DNA from: Escherichia coli
GTDB lineage: Bacteria > Pseudomonadota > Gammaproteobacteria > Enterobacterales > Enterobacteriaceae
DNA: 64,000 nt
Strand: one strand, 5' to 3'
Assembly (NCBI RefSeq): GCF_045037415.1
Contig: NZ_CP173438.1
The translations under genes and the position numbers were made by a program. Under the pieces are notes generated by a model. It searched no databases, was not told the origin of the DNA, and worked only from the letters and a program-made list of their open reading frames with translations. Below are positions 11,255 to 22,495 of this stretch, piece after piece; within the stretch, counting starts at the first letter, position 1, and every line of letters starts with the position of its first letter.

Positions 11255-12988
11255 ATGCATTCCACAGAAGTCCAGGCTAAACCCCTTTTTAGCTGGAAAG
11301 CCCTGGGTTGGGCACTGCTCTACTTTTGGTTTTTCTCTACTCTGCTACAGGCCATTATTTACATCAGTGGTTATAGTGGCACTAACGGCATTCGCGACTC
11401 GCTGTTATTCAGTTCGCTGTGGTTGATCCCGGTATTCCTCTTTCCGAAGCGGATTAAAATTATTGCCGCAGTGATCGGCGTGGTGCTATGGGCGGCCTCT
11501 CTGGCGGCGCTGTGCTATTACGTCATCTACGGTCAGGAGTTCTCGCAGAGCGTTCTGTTTGTGATGTTCGAAACCAACACCAACGAAGCCAGCGAGTATT
11601 TAAGCCAGTATTTCAGCCTGAAAATTGTGCTTATCGCGCTGGCCTATACGGCGGTGGCAGTTCTGCTGTGGACACGCCTGCGCCCGGTCTATATTCCAAA
11701 GCCGTGGCGTTATGTTGTCTCTTTTGCCCTACTTTATGGCTTGATTCTGCATCCGATCGCCATGAATACGTTTATCAAAAACAAGCCGTTTGAGAAAACG
11801 TTGGATAACCTGGCATCGCGTATGGAGCCTGCCGCACCGTGGCAATTCCTGACCGGCTATTATCAGTATCGTCAGCAACTAAACTCGCTAACAAAGCTAC
11901 TGAATGAAAATAATGCATTGCCGCCGCTGGCTAATTTCAAAGATGAATCGGGTAACGAACCGCGCACCTTAGTGCTGGTAATTGGCGAATCGACCCAGCG
12001 TGGACGCATGAGCCTGTACGGTTATCCGCGTGAAACCACGCCGGAGCTGGATGCGCTGCATAAAACCGATCCGAATCTGACCGTGTTTAATAACGTGGTT
12101 ACGTCTCGTCCGTACACCATTGAAATCCTGCAACAGGCGCTGACCTTTGCCAATGAAAAGAACCCGGATCTGTATCTGACGCAGCCGTCGCTGATGAACA
12201 TGATGAAACAGGCGGGTTATAAAACCTTCTGGATCACCAACCAGCAGACAATGACCGCCCGCAATACGATGCTGACGGTATTTTCGCGCCAGACCGACAA
12301 GCAGTACTACATGAACCAGCAACGTACGCAGAGTGCGCGTGAATACGACACCAACGTGCTGAAGCCGTTCCAGGAAGTGCTGAAGGACCCTGCGCCGAAG
12401 AAACTGATCATCGTTCATCTGCTGGGTACGCATATCAAGTACAAGTACCGTTATCCGGAAGATCAGGGCAAATTTGACGGTAATACAGAGCATGTTCCAC
12501 CGGGATTAAACGCAGAAGAGCTGGAGTCATATAATGATTATGACAATGCTAACCTGTACAACGATCACGTGGTTGCCAGCCTGATTAAAGACTTTAAAGC
12601 GACCGATCCGAACGGTTTCCTGGTTTATTTCTCTGACCACGGTGAAGAGGTTTACGACACGCCGCCGCACAAAACTCAGGGGCGTAATGAAGACAATCCG
12701 ACGCGTCATATGTACACCATTCCGTTCCTGCTGTGGACGTCAGAAAAATGGCAAGCGACTCATCCGCGTGATTTCTCACAGGATGTTGATCGTAAATACA
12801 GCCTGGCGGAACTGATCCACACCTGGTCAGATTTGGCGGGCTTATCTTACGACGGTTACGATCCAACCCGTTCAGTGGTGAATCCGCAGTTCAAAGAAAC
12901 TACCCGCTGGATTGGTAACCCGTATAAGAAAAACGCACTGATCGATTACGACACTCTGCCGTATGGCGATCAGGTGGGTAATCAGTAA
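11255..12988 (+). CDS. eptC: phosphoethanolamine transferase (LPS core modification)
   Basis: Track ORF trimmed to MHSTEVQAKPLFSWKALGWALLYFWFF (577 aa); membrane N-terminus plus sulfatase-like domain. Confidence 0.9.
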   Translation: MHSTEVQAKPLFSWKALGWALLYFWFFSTLLQAIIYISGYSGTNGIRDSLLFSSLWLIPVFLFPKRIKIIAAVIGVVLWAASLAALCYYVIYGQEFSQSVLFVMFETNTNEASEYLSQYFSLKIVLIALAYTAVAVLLWTRLRPVYIPKPWRYVVSFALLYGLILHPIAMNTFIKNKPFEKTLDNLASRMEPAAPWQFLTGYYQYRQQLNSLTKLLNENNALPPLANFKDESGNEPRTLVLVIGESTQRGRMSLYGYPRETTPELDALHKTDPNLTVFNNVVTSRPYTIEILQQALTFANEKNPDLYLTQPSLMNMMKQAGYKTFWITNQQTMTARNTMLTVFSRQTDKQYYMNQQRTQSAREYDTNVLKPFQEVLKDPAPKKLIIVHLLGTHIKYKYRYPEDQGKFDGNTEHVPPGLNAEELESYNDYDNANLYNDHVVASLIKDFKATDPNGFLVYFSDHGEEVYDTPPHKTQGRNEDNPTRHMYTIPFLLWTSEKWQATHPRDFSQDVDRKYSLAELIHTWSDLAGLSYDGYDPTRSVVNPQFKETTRWIGNPYKKNALIDYDTLPYGDQVGNQ

Positions 12989-13008
12989 TTATCAGCCAGA
13001 TGTTATTT

Positions 13009-13092
<84 letters not shown>

Positions 13093-13213
13093 TACAAGTC
13101 GACTGAAACTGCCGCAATGTTTACATCTCACTCCCATCAGGCCACACTTTTCAGGTGGCCTTTTTTCATAATGCCAGTTACTGTTTTCCCGTCTACATAC
13201 CTAAGGGAATAAC

Positions 13214-14065
13214 ATGTATCACGACGTCAGCTATCTGCTCTCCCGCCTGATCAACGGCCCGCTGTCCCTGCGCCAGATTTACTTTGCCAGCAGCAACGGC
13301 CCGGTGCCCGATCTTGCGTATCAGGTCGATTTTCCACGTCTGGAAATTGTGCTGGAAGGTGAGTTTATTGATACCGGCGCTGGAGCAGCGTTAGTTCCCG
13401 GCGATGTGCTGTACGTCCCTGCTGGTGGCTGGAATTTTCCACAATGGCAAGCCCCCGCCACGACCTTTAGCGTGCTATTTGGCAAACAGCAACTCGGCTT
13501 CAGCGTCGTGCAATGGGATGGCAAACAATATCAAAATCTGGCGAAGCAACACGTCGCCCGACGCGGCCCACGCATTGGTTCTTTTCTGCTACAAACGCTC
13601 AATGAAATGCAAATGCAGTCGCAGGAGCAGCAAACGGCCAGACTTATCGTCGCCAGCCTGCTTAGCCACTGCCGCGATTTGCTCGGCAGCCAAATACAGA
13701 CCGCCTCACGCAGCCAGGCTCTATTCGAAGCTATTCGTGATTATATCGACGAACGCTATGCCTCCGCACTTACCCGCGAATCTGTCGCACAGGCGTTCTA
13801 TATTTCGCCAAATTACCTCTCGCACCTGTTTCAAAAAACGGGGGCCATTGGTTTTAACGAATACCTGAATCACACGCGACTGGAGCACGCTAAGACATTA
13901 TTGAAAGGCTATGACCTGAAGGTAAAAGAAGTGGCGCACGCCTGCGGCTTTGTCGACAGCAACTACTTCTGCCGTCTGTTTCGTAAAAATACCGAACGCT
14001 CGCCGTCGGAATATCGTCGGCAGTACCACAGCCAACTGACAGAAAAACCGACTACTCCAGAATAA
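13214..14065 (+). CDS. yijO: AraC-family transcriptional regulator
   Basis: 283-aa ORF with C-terminal AraC-type HTH; K-12 synteny between eptC and frwD. Confidence 0.85.
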   Translation: MYHDVSYLLSRLINGPLSLRQIYFASSNGPVPDLAYQVDFPRLEIVLEGEFIDTGAGAALVPGDVLYVPAGGWNFPQWQAPATTFSVLFGKQQLGFSVVQWDGKQYQNLAKQHVARRGPRIGSFLLQTLNEMQMQSQEQQTARLIVASLLSHCRDLLGSQIQTASRSQALFEAIRDYIDERYASALTRESVAQAFYISPNYLSHLFQKTGAIGFNEYLNHTRLEHAKTLLKGYDLKVKEVAHACGFVDSNYFCRLFRKNTERSPSEYRRQYHSQLTEKPTTPE

Positions 14066-14393
14066 GATGGGTTTGCTGCGGCGCAGAAAGCACTTTGCGC
14101 ACTGCGCTCATCACCCTCTGCGGCTCACGCAGGAAAGCGTAGATGCTGCATTGCACGTAGCGACAATGTTCAAATCGCTCAGCACCGGCAAGCTCGATAT
14201 CCGTAATTAACAGCGCAACATCCGCCCGGCGGATATCCTCGTCCGCTAAACGATTCTCCGTTCCCAACGCGCCCTGAGTTTCAATGCTGACGCCCCACTT
14301 CTCTAACTGGCACAACTTTTCCAGCCGTTCCGCCGCCATATAAGTATGCGCCACGCCGCTTACGCAGGCGGTTACTGCCACCAGATATGCCAT
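14052..14393 (-). CDS. frwD: fructose-like PTS enzyme IIB component
   Basis: Track ORF trimmed to MAYLVAVTACVSGVAHTYMAAERLE (113 aa); PTS IIB motif CxSGxAHTYMAAE. Confidence 0.85.
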   Translation of the reverse strand: MAYLVAVTACVSGVAHTYMAAERLEKLCQLEKWGVSIETQGALGTENRLADEDIRRADVALLITDIELAGAERFEHCRYVQCSIYAFLREPQRVMSAVRKVLSAPQQTHLILE

Positions 14394-14394
14394 T

Positions 14395-15273
14395 TTAACC
14401 TCCCACGGTAACCTGAAATCCGGCCCGTTCTGCCATTTCACGCATCGTTGCCACATCGGCTGACGACGGCGCAGCAACCTCTTTCATCGACCATGTTTTC
14501 CCCAGCAGGCGGTATTTCGGCTCGCCGTACTGATGAAACGGTAACAGATGGATCTGCTTGATATTCAGCGGGATCAGCACGTCCAGCGCCTGCTGCATAT
14601 TCTCCCGGCTGAGCGTGAAACCAGGGATCAGCGGTAAACGCGGGATCACGTTGACACCCTCACTCACCAGCAAACGCAGATTCTCCAGCACGCGTTGCAG
14701 GTTCATCTTCACCACATCCCGCGCCTGAGCCGCATCCATAATTTTTAAATCGAACAACACTTCATCGCACAATTTCGCCAGCGGTAACAGCTTGCTGGCT
14801 GGCGCGTCTCCGGCAGTTTCGATGGCGCATGACACACCCCATAGCCGCAGTCGCTGTAAAAAACGGGTCGCAAACTCCGCCTGCATTAACACTTCGCCGC
14901 CAGAAAGCGTGACGCCGCCGCCGGACGTGCGAAAGAAAATGTCATCTTTCATCACTTCCCGTTCCAGCGCGTCAAGGCTGATATCGCGGCCAATCCGTTC
15001 AAATGCCCCGGAGGGGCATTCATCCGCATCACGCAAACATTTCGCGCAGTGCAGACATTTCGCCTCTCTGCGCACCGTCTGGATTTTGCCGGAGATCGAC
15101 TCCGGATTAGCACACCATGGGCAAAGATGCGGACAGCCTTTAAAAAAGACCACCGTACGAATGCCCTCGCCGTCATTCAGTGAATAACGCTGAATGTTGA
15201 AAATGCGCGCCACATCATCGCGGCGCGTTTCCACAACGTTACAGCTGATGCGCTGTCCGGCGGATGATGTCAT
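14395..15273 (-). CDS. pflC: glycyl-radical enzyme activating protein (PFL activase-like)
   Basis: Track ORF trimmed to MTSSAGQRISCNV...; radical-SAM CPHLCPWCANPE motif (292 aa). Confidence 0.9.
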   Translation of the reverse strand: MTSSAGQRISCNVVETRRDDVARIFNIQRYSLNDGEGIRTVVFFKGCPHLCPWCANPESISGKIQTVRREAKCLHCAKCLRDADECPSGAFERIGRDISLDALEREVMKDDIFFRTSGGGVTLSGGEVLMQAEFATRFLQRLRLWGVSCAIETAGDAPASKLLPLAKLCDEVLFDLKIMDAAQARDVVKMNLQRVLENLRLLVSEGVNVIPRLPLIPGFTLSRENMQQALDVLIPLNIKQIHLLPFHQYGEPKYRLLGKTWSMKEVAAPSSADVATMREMAERAGFQVTVGG

Positions 15274-17536
15274 CCTGGATCTCCTTCGACAGTTCGACAA
15301 AGAAGGCGCTGTATCCGGCAACGCGCACCACCAGCCCGGCATAATCTTGTGGGCGCTGTTGCGCTTCCCGTAACGTGTCGGCGTTCACCACGTTAAACTG
15401 AATATGCTGCAACTTAAGCTGGGTAAACGCCCGTAAGAAGTCGGCCAGTTTGCGTAATCCCGCTTCACCTTCGAGGGTCGCCGGAGTGAATTTCACGTTC
15501 AGCAATGTACCGTTAGAAAGCAGTGTGTTATCGAGCTTACTGACTGATTTCAGTACCGCCGTTGGTCCTTGTGCGTCCTGACCCAGCATGGGTGACAAGC
15601 CACCGTCTGCCAGTTGCTCTCCGGCAAAGCGACCGTCTGGCGTCGCGCCAACCACCGCTCCCAACGGGACATGAGCAGAAACGGTATACGATCCCGGCGT
15701 GAAGTAGCCGCCGCGCGGGTTCTGGTATTTTTCCACTTCTTTGCAGTAGTGGCGTAACAGTTCGGCGCTAATGTTATCCACCTCGTCGATATCGTTACCG
15801 TATTTCTCGAAGCGGTTAATTAAGCGAGCGCGGACTTTTTCGCCTTCTGGCGTGGCGAAGTTGGCTTTTAATACCGACAGCAATTCGTCAAAACTTAAAC
15901 GCTGTTGATCAAAAATCATCCCTTTCAACGCATGGAGAGAATCGCTCAGGTTGGCGATACCGATCCCCTGTACGCCGGAGAAGTTATAACGCGCGCCGCC
16001 ATCGGTAATATCGCGACCTTTTTCCAGACAATCGCTGATAAAAGACGAGAGTAGCGGTACAGGTGCCCAGTCGCGATGGCCGATATCACAAATATTGCTG
16101 CCCTCAACCATCAGGGTGATGTAGTGGCTGATCTTGGCGCGGATCTGTTCCAGTAAACCTTCATAAGTCAGCGCAGCGTTGCCTTCATTTTCATGCAGGC
16201 AGATTTCCATCACTTTCAGCAGGTTAAACATCGCGATGTCATGCAAGCCGTAGGTTCTGCCGGGAATAGATAATTCCACACAGCCCACTACGGAATAGTC
16301 GCGCGCATCTTCCAGCAAAACGCCACGGTTGAGGAACGCTGGCACTACCACTTCATCGTTAAAGATTTGCGGAATACCGGTGCCGAGGCGAATGGTTTCT
16401 GCGGTTTTCATCAGGAACGGCGTGTCGATCAAGGCGTTAGTGCGCACGCCGAGGTTCGGTTGCGGTAATTGCACGCTTTGATAAGCGTCAAGGCAAAGGA
16501 ACGAAAGCACGTTCACCGCGCTACGTCCGTTCTCGGTTAACCCGCCGAGCAGTGCGGTATAGCCGGTAGGGAAACCGGCGAAATAACGCGCGCTACTGGT
16601 GGAGCGCAACAGCACGATGTCGTTGCATTTCACCCATAAAGATTCGAGCAGTTCTTTCAGGAATGCCGGATCTTCGCCCTGGGTTAATGATGTCTGATAG
16701 AACGGCAACATATACTGGTCGAAGCGCCCCAACGATAGCGAACTGGCGTTGGATTCGTATTGCAGAATGATGTTCATGTACCAGAATAACTGGCACGCCT
16801 GCCAGAACGTCTGCGGCTTATGTTCGGCGTTATGGCGGGAGATCTCCGCAATAGTCAGCAATTCTTCGCGACGCGGGCCATCAGTGCAGCTTGCCGCCAT
16901 CGTTTCCGCCAGTTCGGCGTAACGCAAAATATGTTTCTGCGAGGCTTCCAGCAGTAACAGCGCTGCCTGATAAAAGTGATTCTCCGGCTGTTGCTGACAA
17001 TGTTGCTGCATCTGTGCCACCAGCTCCCCCAGCCCGTGATTCAGCAGGCGCGGGTAATCAATAATAATGTGCCCCTGGCCTTTATCCGTCTGGTTGATGC
17101 TGAAAATCTGCGTGCTGGTCGCGGCTTTTACTTCATCCGTCATCTGCCCGTTGATGAAATCTTTCATCGAACGTTTTTCCCAGTACGGGAACAACTCTTC
17201 GCGGTAGATACGTTTATCTTCTTCGCTGATAGCAAAGCGGTCCTGCGGACGCGTCGGGAATTGATCCAGTTCTTTCAGCAGCCAGTAAGGGTCCATTTCC
17301 GGCGACATAATCCCGGCGCGTGGTTTTACGGTGCGGTTACCGGCAATCAGTTCTTCATCACGAATCGAAATTTCAACGTGTTCAAGGATATACGCTGTTG
17401 CTTTCGCCCGACGCATTATCACCGGCTCCCCTTCGGTTTGCCGATGGCTGGCGGTATAAAGCAACGCCCGCTCCAGCGAGATTTCACGGGTATTGGCAAA
17501 CAGTGCAGTTTTGAGGCGAGAGATACGATTCGTCAT
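15239..17536 (-). CDS. pflD: glycyl-radical enzyme (pyruvate formate-lyase-like)
   Basis: 765-aa ORF; C-terminal RVAGYSAFF glycyl-radical motif. Confidence 0.92.
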   Translation of the reverse strand: MTNRISRLKTALFANTREISLERALLYTASHRQTEGEPVIMRRAKATAYILEHVEISIRDEELIAGNRTVKPRAGIMSPEMDPYWLLKELDQFPTRPQDRFAISEEDKRIYREELFPYWEKRSMKDFINGQMTDEVKAATSTQIFSINQTDKGQGHIIIDYPRLLNHGLGELVAQMQQHCQQQPENHFYQAALLLLEASQKHILRYAELAETMAASCTDGPRREELLTIAEISRHNAEHKPQTFWQACQLFWYMNIILQYESNASSLSLGRFDQYMLPFYQTSLTQGEDPAFLKELLESLWVKCNDIVLLRSTSSARYFAGFPTGYTALLGGLTENGRSAVNVLSFLCLDAYQSVQLPQPNLGVRTNALIDTPFLMKTAETIRLGTGIPQIFNDEVVVPAFLNRGVLLEDARDYSVVGCVELSIPGRTYGLHDIAMFNLLKVMEICLHENEGNAALTYEGLLEQIRAKISHYITLMVEGSNICDIGHRDWAPVPLLSSFISDCLEKGRDITDGGARYNFSGVQGIGIANLSDSLHALKGMIFDQQRLSFDELLSVLKANFATPEGEKVRARLINRFEKYGNDIDEVDNISAELLRHYCKEVEKYQNPRGGYFTPGSYTVSAHVPLGAVVGATPDGRFAGEQLADGGLSPMLGQDAQGPTAVLKSVSKLDNTLLSNGTLLNVKFTPATLEGEAGLRKLADFLRAFTQLKLQHIQFNVVNADTLREAQQRPQDYAGLVVRVAGYSAFFVELSKEIQDDIIRRTAHQL

Positions 17537-17586
17537 GAGGAACTCCTGTGGGAAAGCGAACCCGCCCTTGCGGGCGGGATAAGAAC

Positions 17587-17907
17587 TTAAGCGGTTTGTG
17601 CCAGGTGAGCTTCAATTTTGCTCATAATGGCGTCAGCACGCTTTACCGCGTCGCTGATGTTGACACGCACGATAGTCTTGCCAGCAAAACGCTCTTCAAA
17701 TTTGATGCCGATATCTTTGGTCAAAATCACCATATCGGCGCTTGCCACGTCTTCCGCAGTCAGTTCATTTTCCAGACCAATCGACCCCTGGGTTTCTACT
17801 TTTACTTCCCAGCCTTTCGCTTTCGCGGCGCTTTCCAGCGCCTCTGCCGCCATATAAGTATGGGCAACACCTGAAGGACATGCGGTTACTGCGATAATTT
17901 TCGTCAT
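17587..17907 (-). CDS. frwB: fructose-like PTS enzyme IIB component
   Basis: 106-aa ORF MTKIIAVTACPSGVAHTYMAAEALE. Confidence 0.9.
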   Translation of the reverse strand: MTKIIAVTACPSGVAHTYMAAEALESAAKAKGWEVKVETQGSIGLENELTAEDVASADMVILTKDIGIKFEERFAGKTIVRVNISDAVKRADAIMSKIEAHLAQTA

Positions 17908-17921
17908 GGCTCGTTCCTCAA

Positions 17922-19001
17922 TTAATTAATTTCAAAATCCAGATCCAGGTCGTCTTCCTTCTCTTCAGTTGAAGACCCATTTTTACGCGCCAGACTTTTC
18001 AGCACGTTCACGCAGACTGCCGTCACAACCGCCCCGACAGCCACTGCCGCGATGTAACCCAACTTACCTTCAACCACCGGCAGCACAATCAGACCACCCC
18101 AGCCTGCATAGCACTGCGCACCGACCAGCGCCGCAGTTACCGCACCACAAACTGAACCGACCATGATGGAAGGAATGACACGCAGCGGATCGGCAGCGGC
18201 GAAAGGAATCGCCCCTTCAGTAACGCCAACACAGCCCATCACCAGTGCCGCCTTGCCGGTTTCGCGCTCTTCTGCGGAGAAATTTTTACGACCAATCAGC
18301 GTCGCCAGCCCCATCCCCAGCGGTGGAACACAAATCCCAACAGCGGCAATAGCCACCACGGTATAAACACCCTGAGCAACGCAAATCAGCATGAAGGCAT
18401 AGGCCACTTTGTTAACCGGGCCGCCCATATCGAACGCCAGCATCAGACCCATGATCACCGCCAGCATAACAATGCTGCCCTGCTGCATCCCCTGAAGCCA
18501 CTGGGTCAGGCTGTTGGTCAACGCCCCCACCGGCTCGCCCAGCCCCCACATCATGACGCCAGCGGTAATCAGTGTGCCGACGATTGGAATGATGAAGATT
18601 GGCATTACCGAGCGCAGAACTTTATGCACTGGAATTTTCTTCAGGTAATGCACCACGATGCCGCCGATAATCCCGGCGATCAGCGCACCAAAGAAGCCCG
18701 CGCCAAAGCTGTTACCAACCCAGGCACCGATAGCGCATGGAGCCAGCGCAGAACGTTCTGCAATGGAATAACCGATGTAAGCGGCGAGGAAAGGCACCAT
18801 CAGCGTCAAACCTGCAACGCCGATATCAAACAGTTTTTTCAGATTCGGATCGGCTACGGCATCCGGCACTGCGCCTTTGCCATACAACATGACGGAAACC
18901 GCCAGCAAAATACCGCCCGATACCACGAAGGGAATCATGTGTGAAACGCCCGTCATTAAATGCTGACGGGTATTTTTCAGGATCTGCACCAACTCATTCA
19001 T
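17922..19001 (-). CDS. frwC: fructose-like PTS enzyme IIC component
   Basis: 359-aa polytopic membrane ORF; synteny. Confidence 0.9.
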   Translation of the reverse strand: MNELVQILKNTRQHLMTGVSHMIPFVVSGGILLAVSVMLYGKGAVPDAVADPNLKKLFDIGVAGLTLMVPFLAAYIGYSIAERSALAPCAIGAWVGNSFGAGFFGALIAGIIGGIVVHYLKKIPVHKVLRSVMPIFIIPIVGTLITAGVMMWGLGEPVGALTNSLTQWLQGMQQGSIVMLAVIMGLMLAFDMGGPVNKVAYAFMLICVAQGVYTVVAIAAVGICVPPLGMGLATLIGRKNFSAEERETGKAALVMGCVGVTEGAIPFAAADPLRVIPSIMVGSVCGAVTAALVGAQCYAGWGGLIVLPVVEGKLGYIAAVAVGAVVTAVCVNVLKSLARKNGSSTEEKEDDLDLDFEIN

Positions 19002-19309
19002 AAGCTGCTCCCGGGCTTGCGAAAGCCCATGTCCATATTTTTGATGGAAGAAACAATAGGCAATCGCAGGCGGAGCAAACAGTGGATAAAAAGGCCATTT
19101 ACTGGACTTTTGTAATATCAGTACAAAAATGCGATCCGCCTCATAACTTGCGATAATCCGGAAGTACGCCGCAAAACGGCGTCTTGTGAGACGCGTCGCA
19201 AATTGACGGTTACATTACATTTGTCCAGCTTTTGGCAGATTTGTCACATGGCAGGCCGTTGCCGTGCGCTCTTATCCTGTAAACAGAAAACCGTACCGGG
19301 AGAAAGGCA

Positions 19310-21811
19310 ATGGCCCTGATTGTGGAATTTATTTGTGAGCTACCTAACGGCGTCCATGCGCGTCCGGCAAGCCACGTTGAAACGCTGTGTAATACTTTTT
19401 CATCACAAATTGAGTGGCATAACCTGCGCACTGACCGCAAGGGCAACGCCAAAAGCGCCCTTGCGCTGATTGGCACCGATACGCTGGTGGGCGATAACTG
19501 CCAGTTACTGATTTCCGGGGCCGACGAACAGGAAGCGCACCAGCGTTTAAGCCAATGGCTGCGCGATGAATTCCCCCACTGCGACGCACCGCTGGCGGAA
19601 GTAAAATCTGACGAACTGGAACCACTGCCGGTTTCACTGACCAATCTGAATCCGCAAATTATCCGCGCTCGCACCGTGTGCAGCGGTAGCGCAGGCGGCA
19701 TTCTGACGCCGATCTCTTCTTTAGATCTCAATGCGCTGGGTAATCTTCCCGCAGCCAAAGGCGTTGACGCCGAACAATCCGCACTGGAAAACGGTCTGAC
19801 GCTGGTACTGAAAAACATAGAGTTTCGTCTGCTGGATAGCGACGGTGCTACCAGCGCGATTCTGGAAGCGCACCGATCCCTGGCTGGCGATACTTCCCTG
19901 CGCGAACATTTACTGGCAGGTGTCAGCGCCGGATTAAGCTGCGCCGAAGCGATTGTTGCCAGTGCGAATCACTTTTGCGAAGAGTTCGCCCGTTCCAGCA
20001 GCAGTTACCTGCAAGAACGTGCCCTGGACGTACGCGACGTCTGCTTCCAGTTACTCCAGCAAATCTACGGTGAGCAACGCTTCCCGGCACCGGGCAAACT
20101 GACGCAGCCCGCCATTTGTATGGCTGATGAACTGACCCCCAGCCAGTTCCTCGAACTGGATAAAAATCATCTCAAAGGTCTGTTACTGAAAAGTGGCGGC
20201 ACCACATCACATACGGTGATCCTTGCCCGTTCGTTCAACATTCCGACGCTGGTAGGTGTGGATATTGATGCCCTTACTCCGTGGCAGCATCAGACGATTT
20301 ATATCGACGGCAACGCAGGGGCGATTGTGGTTGAGCCAGGGGAATCCGTGGCCCGTTATTATCAGCAAGAAGCCCGCGTACAGGACGCTCTGCGTGAGCA
20401 ACAGCGTGTCTGGCTGACCCAGCAAGCGCGTACCGCTGACGGTATCCGCATTGAAATTGCCGCTAACATCGCTCACTCCGTGGAAGCGCAGGCCGCATTC
20501 GGCAATGGTGCGGAAGGCGTTGGTTTGTTCCGCACTGAAATGCTCTATATGGATCGCACCAGTGCACCGGGTGAAAGCGAGCTGTACAACATCTTTTGTC
20601 AGGCGCTGGAGTCTGCCAACGGACGCAGCATTATTGTGCGCACTATGGACATTGGTGGTGACAAACCCGTTGATTATCTGAACATTCCCGCAGAAGCTAA
20701 CCCGTTCCTCGGTTATCGCGCGGTGCGTATTTATGAAGAATACGCGTCGTTGTTTACCACACAACTACGATCGATCCTGCGCGCCTCTGCTCACGGCAGC
20801 CTGAAAATCATGATCCCGATGATCTCCTCAATGGAAGAGATCTTATGGGTGAAAGAAAAACTGGCGGAAGCCAAACAGCAACTGCGTAACGAACACATTC
20901 CGTTTGATGAGAAGATCCAGCTCGGCATCATGCTGGAAGTGCCGTCGGTGATGTTCATCATCGATCAATGCTGCGAAGAGATTGATTTCTTTAGTATTGG
21001 TAGTAATGACCTGACGCAATATCTACTGGCAGTGGATCGCGATAACGCTAAGGTGACTCGTCACTACAACAGCCTGAATCCGGCCTTCTTGCGGGCGCTC
21101 GATTACGCCGTGCAGGCGGTGCATCGCCAGGGCAAATGGATTGGTCTGTGCGGTGAACTGGGAGCGAAAGGTTCCGTGCTGCCGTTGCTGGTCGGTTTAG
21201 GGCTGGATGAACTCAGCATGAGCGCACCATCAATTCCGGCGGCGAAAGCGCGGATGGCGCAACTTGATAGCCGTGAGTGCCGCCAGTTGCTCAACCAGGC
21301 AATGGCCTGCCGTACTTCGCTGGAAGTGGAACACCTGCTGGCGCAATTCCGCATGACCCAACAGGACGCACCGCTGGTCACCGCCGAGTGCATCACACTG
21401 GAAAGCGACTGGCGCAGCAAAGAAGAAGTGCTCAAAGGCATGACCGATAACCTGCTGCTGGCGGGCCGCTGCCGCTATCCGCGTAAACTGGAAGCCGACT
21501 TGTGGGCGCGCGAGGCCGTTTTCTCTACCGGACTGGGCTTTAGTTTCGCCATTCCCCACAGTAAATCGGAACACATTGAGCAATCCACCATCAGCGTAGC
21601 GCGTCTGCAAGCGCCAGTGCGCTGGGGCGATGATGAAGCGCAATTCATCATTATGTTAACCCTGAACAAACACGCCGCGGGCGATCAACATATGCGCATT
21701 TTCTCGCGCCTCGCTCGTCGCATCATGCACGAAGAATTCCGTAATGCGCTGGTTAACGCCGCCTCTGCCGACGCTATCGCCAGCCTGCTGCAACATGAAC
21801 TGGAACTGTAA
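19310..21811 (+). CDS. ptsA: multidomain PTS protein (HPr-EI-IIA fusion)
   Basis: 833-aa [27 protein letters not shown] (HPr-like N-terminus), central enzyme I domain, C-terminal IIA. Confidence 0.92.
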   Translation: MALIVEFICELPNGVHARPASHVETLCNTFSSQIEWHNLRTDRKGNAKSALALIGTDTLVGDNCQLLISGADEQEAHQRLSQWLRDEFPHCDAPLAEVKSDELEPLPVSLTNLNPQIIRARTVCSGSAGGILTPISSLDLNALGNLPAAKGVDAEQSALENGLTLVLKNIEFRLLDSDGATSAILEAHRSLAGDTSLREHLLAGVSAGLSCAEAIVASANHFCEEFARSSSSYLQERALDVRDVCFQLLQQIYGEQRFPAPGKLTQPAICMADELTPSQFLELDKNHLKGLLLKSGGTTSHTVILARSFNIPTLVGVDIDALTPWQHQTIYIDGNAGAIVVEPGESVARYYQQEARVQDALREQQRVWLTQQARTADGIRIEIAANIAHSVEAQAAFGNGAEGVGLFRTEMLYMDRTSAPGESELYNIFCQALESANGRSIIVRTMDIGGDKPVDYLNIPAEANPFLGYRAVRIYEEYASLFTTQLRSILRASAHGSLKIMIPMISSMEEILWVKEKLAEAKQQLRNEHIPFDEKIQLGIMLEVPSVMFIIDQCCEEIDFFSIGSNDLTQYLLAVDRDNAKVTRHYNSLNPAFLRALDYAVQAVHRQGKWIGLCGELGAKGSVLPLLVGLGLDELSMSAPSIPAAKARMAQLDSRECRQLLNQAMACRTSLEVEHLLAQFRMTQQDAPLVTAECITLESDWRSKEEVLKGMTDNLLLAGRCRYPRKLEADLWAREAVFSTGLGFSFAIPHSKSEHIEQSTISVARLQAPVRWGDDEAQFIIMLTLNKHAAGDQHMRIFSRLARRIMHEEFRNALVNAASADAIASLLQHELEL

Positions 21812-21822
21812 AAGGAAACATC

Positions 21823-22485
21823 ATGGAACTGTATCTGGACACCGCTAACGTCGCAGAAGTCGAACGTCTGGCACGCATATTCCCGATTGCCGGGGTGACA
21901 ACTAACCCGAGCATTATCGCTGCCAGCAAGGAGTCCATCTGGGAAGTGCTGCCGCGCCTGCAAAAAGCGATCGGTGATGAGGGCATTCTGTTTGCTCAGA
22001 CCATGAGCCGCGACGCGCAGGGTATGGTGAAAGAAGCGAAACGCCTGCGCGACGCTATTCCGGGCATTGTGGTGAAAATTCCGGTAACCTCTGAAGGTCT
22101 GGCAGCAATTAAAATGCTGAAGAAAGAAGGCATTACTACGCTGGGAACCGCAGTGTACAGCGCCGCGCAAGGATTACTGGCGGCGCTGGCTGGAGCCAAA
22201 TACGTTGCTCCATACGTTAACCGCGTAGATGCCCAGGGCGGTGACGGCATTCGTACTGTACAGGAGTTGCAAGCGTTACTGGAAATGCATGCGCCAGAAA
22301 GCATGGTGCTGGCTGCCAGCTTTAAAACACCACGTCAGGCGCTGGATTGTTTGCTGGCAGGATGTGAATCCATCACACTGCCCTTAGATGTAGCGCAACA
22401 AATGCTTAACACCCCTGCGGTAGAGTCAGCTATAGAGAAGTTCGAGCACGACTGGAATGCCGCATTTGGCACTACTCATCTCTAA
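21823..22485 (+). CDS. fsaB: fructose-6-phosphate aldolase 2
   Basis: 220-aa [35 protein letters not shown]. Confidence 0.93.
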
Positions 22486-22495
22486 AGGAGTAATT

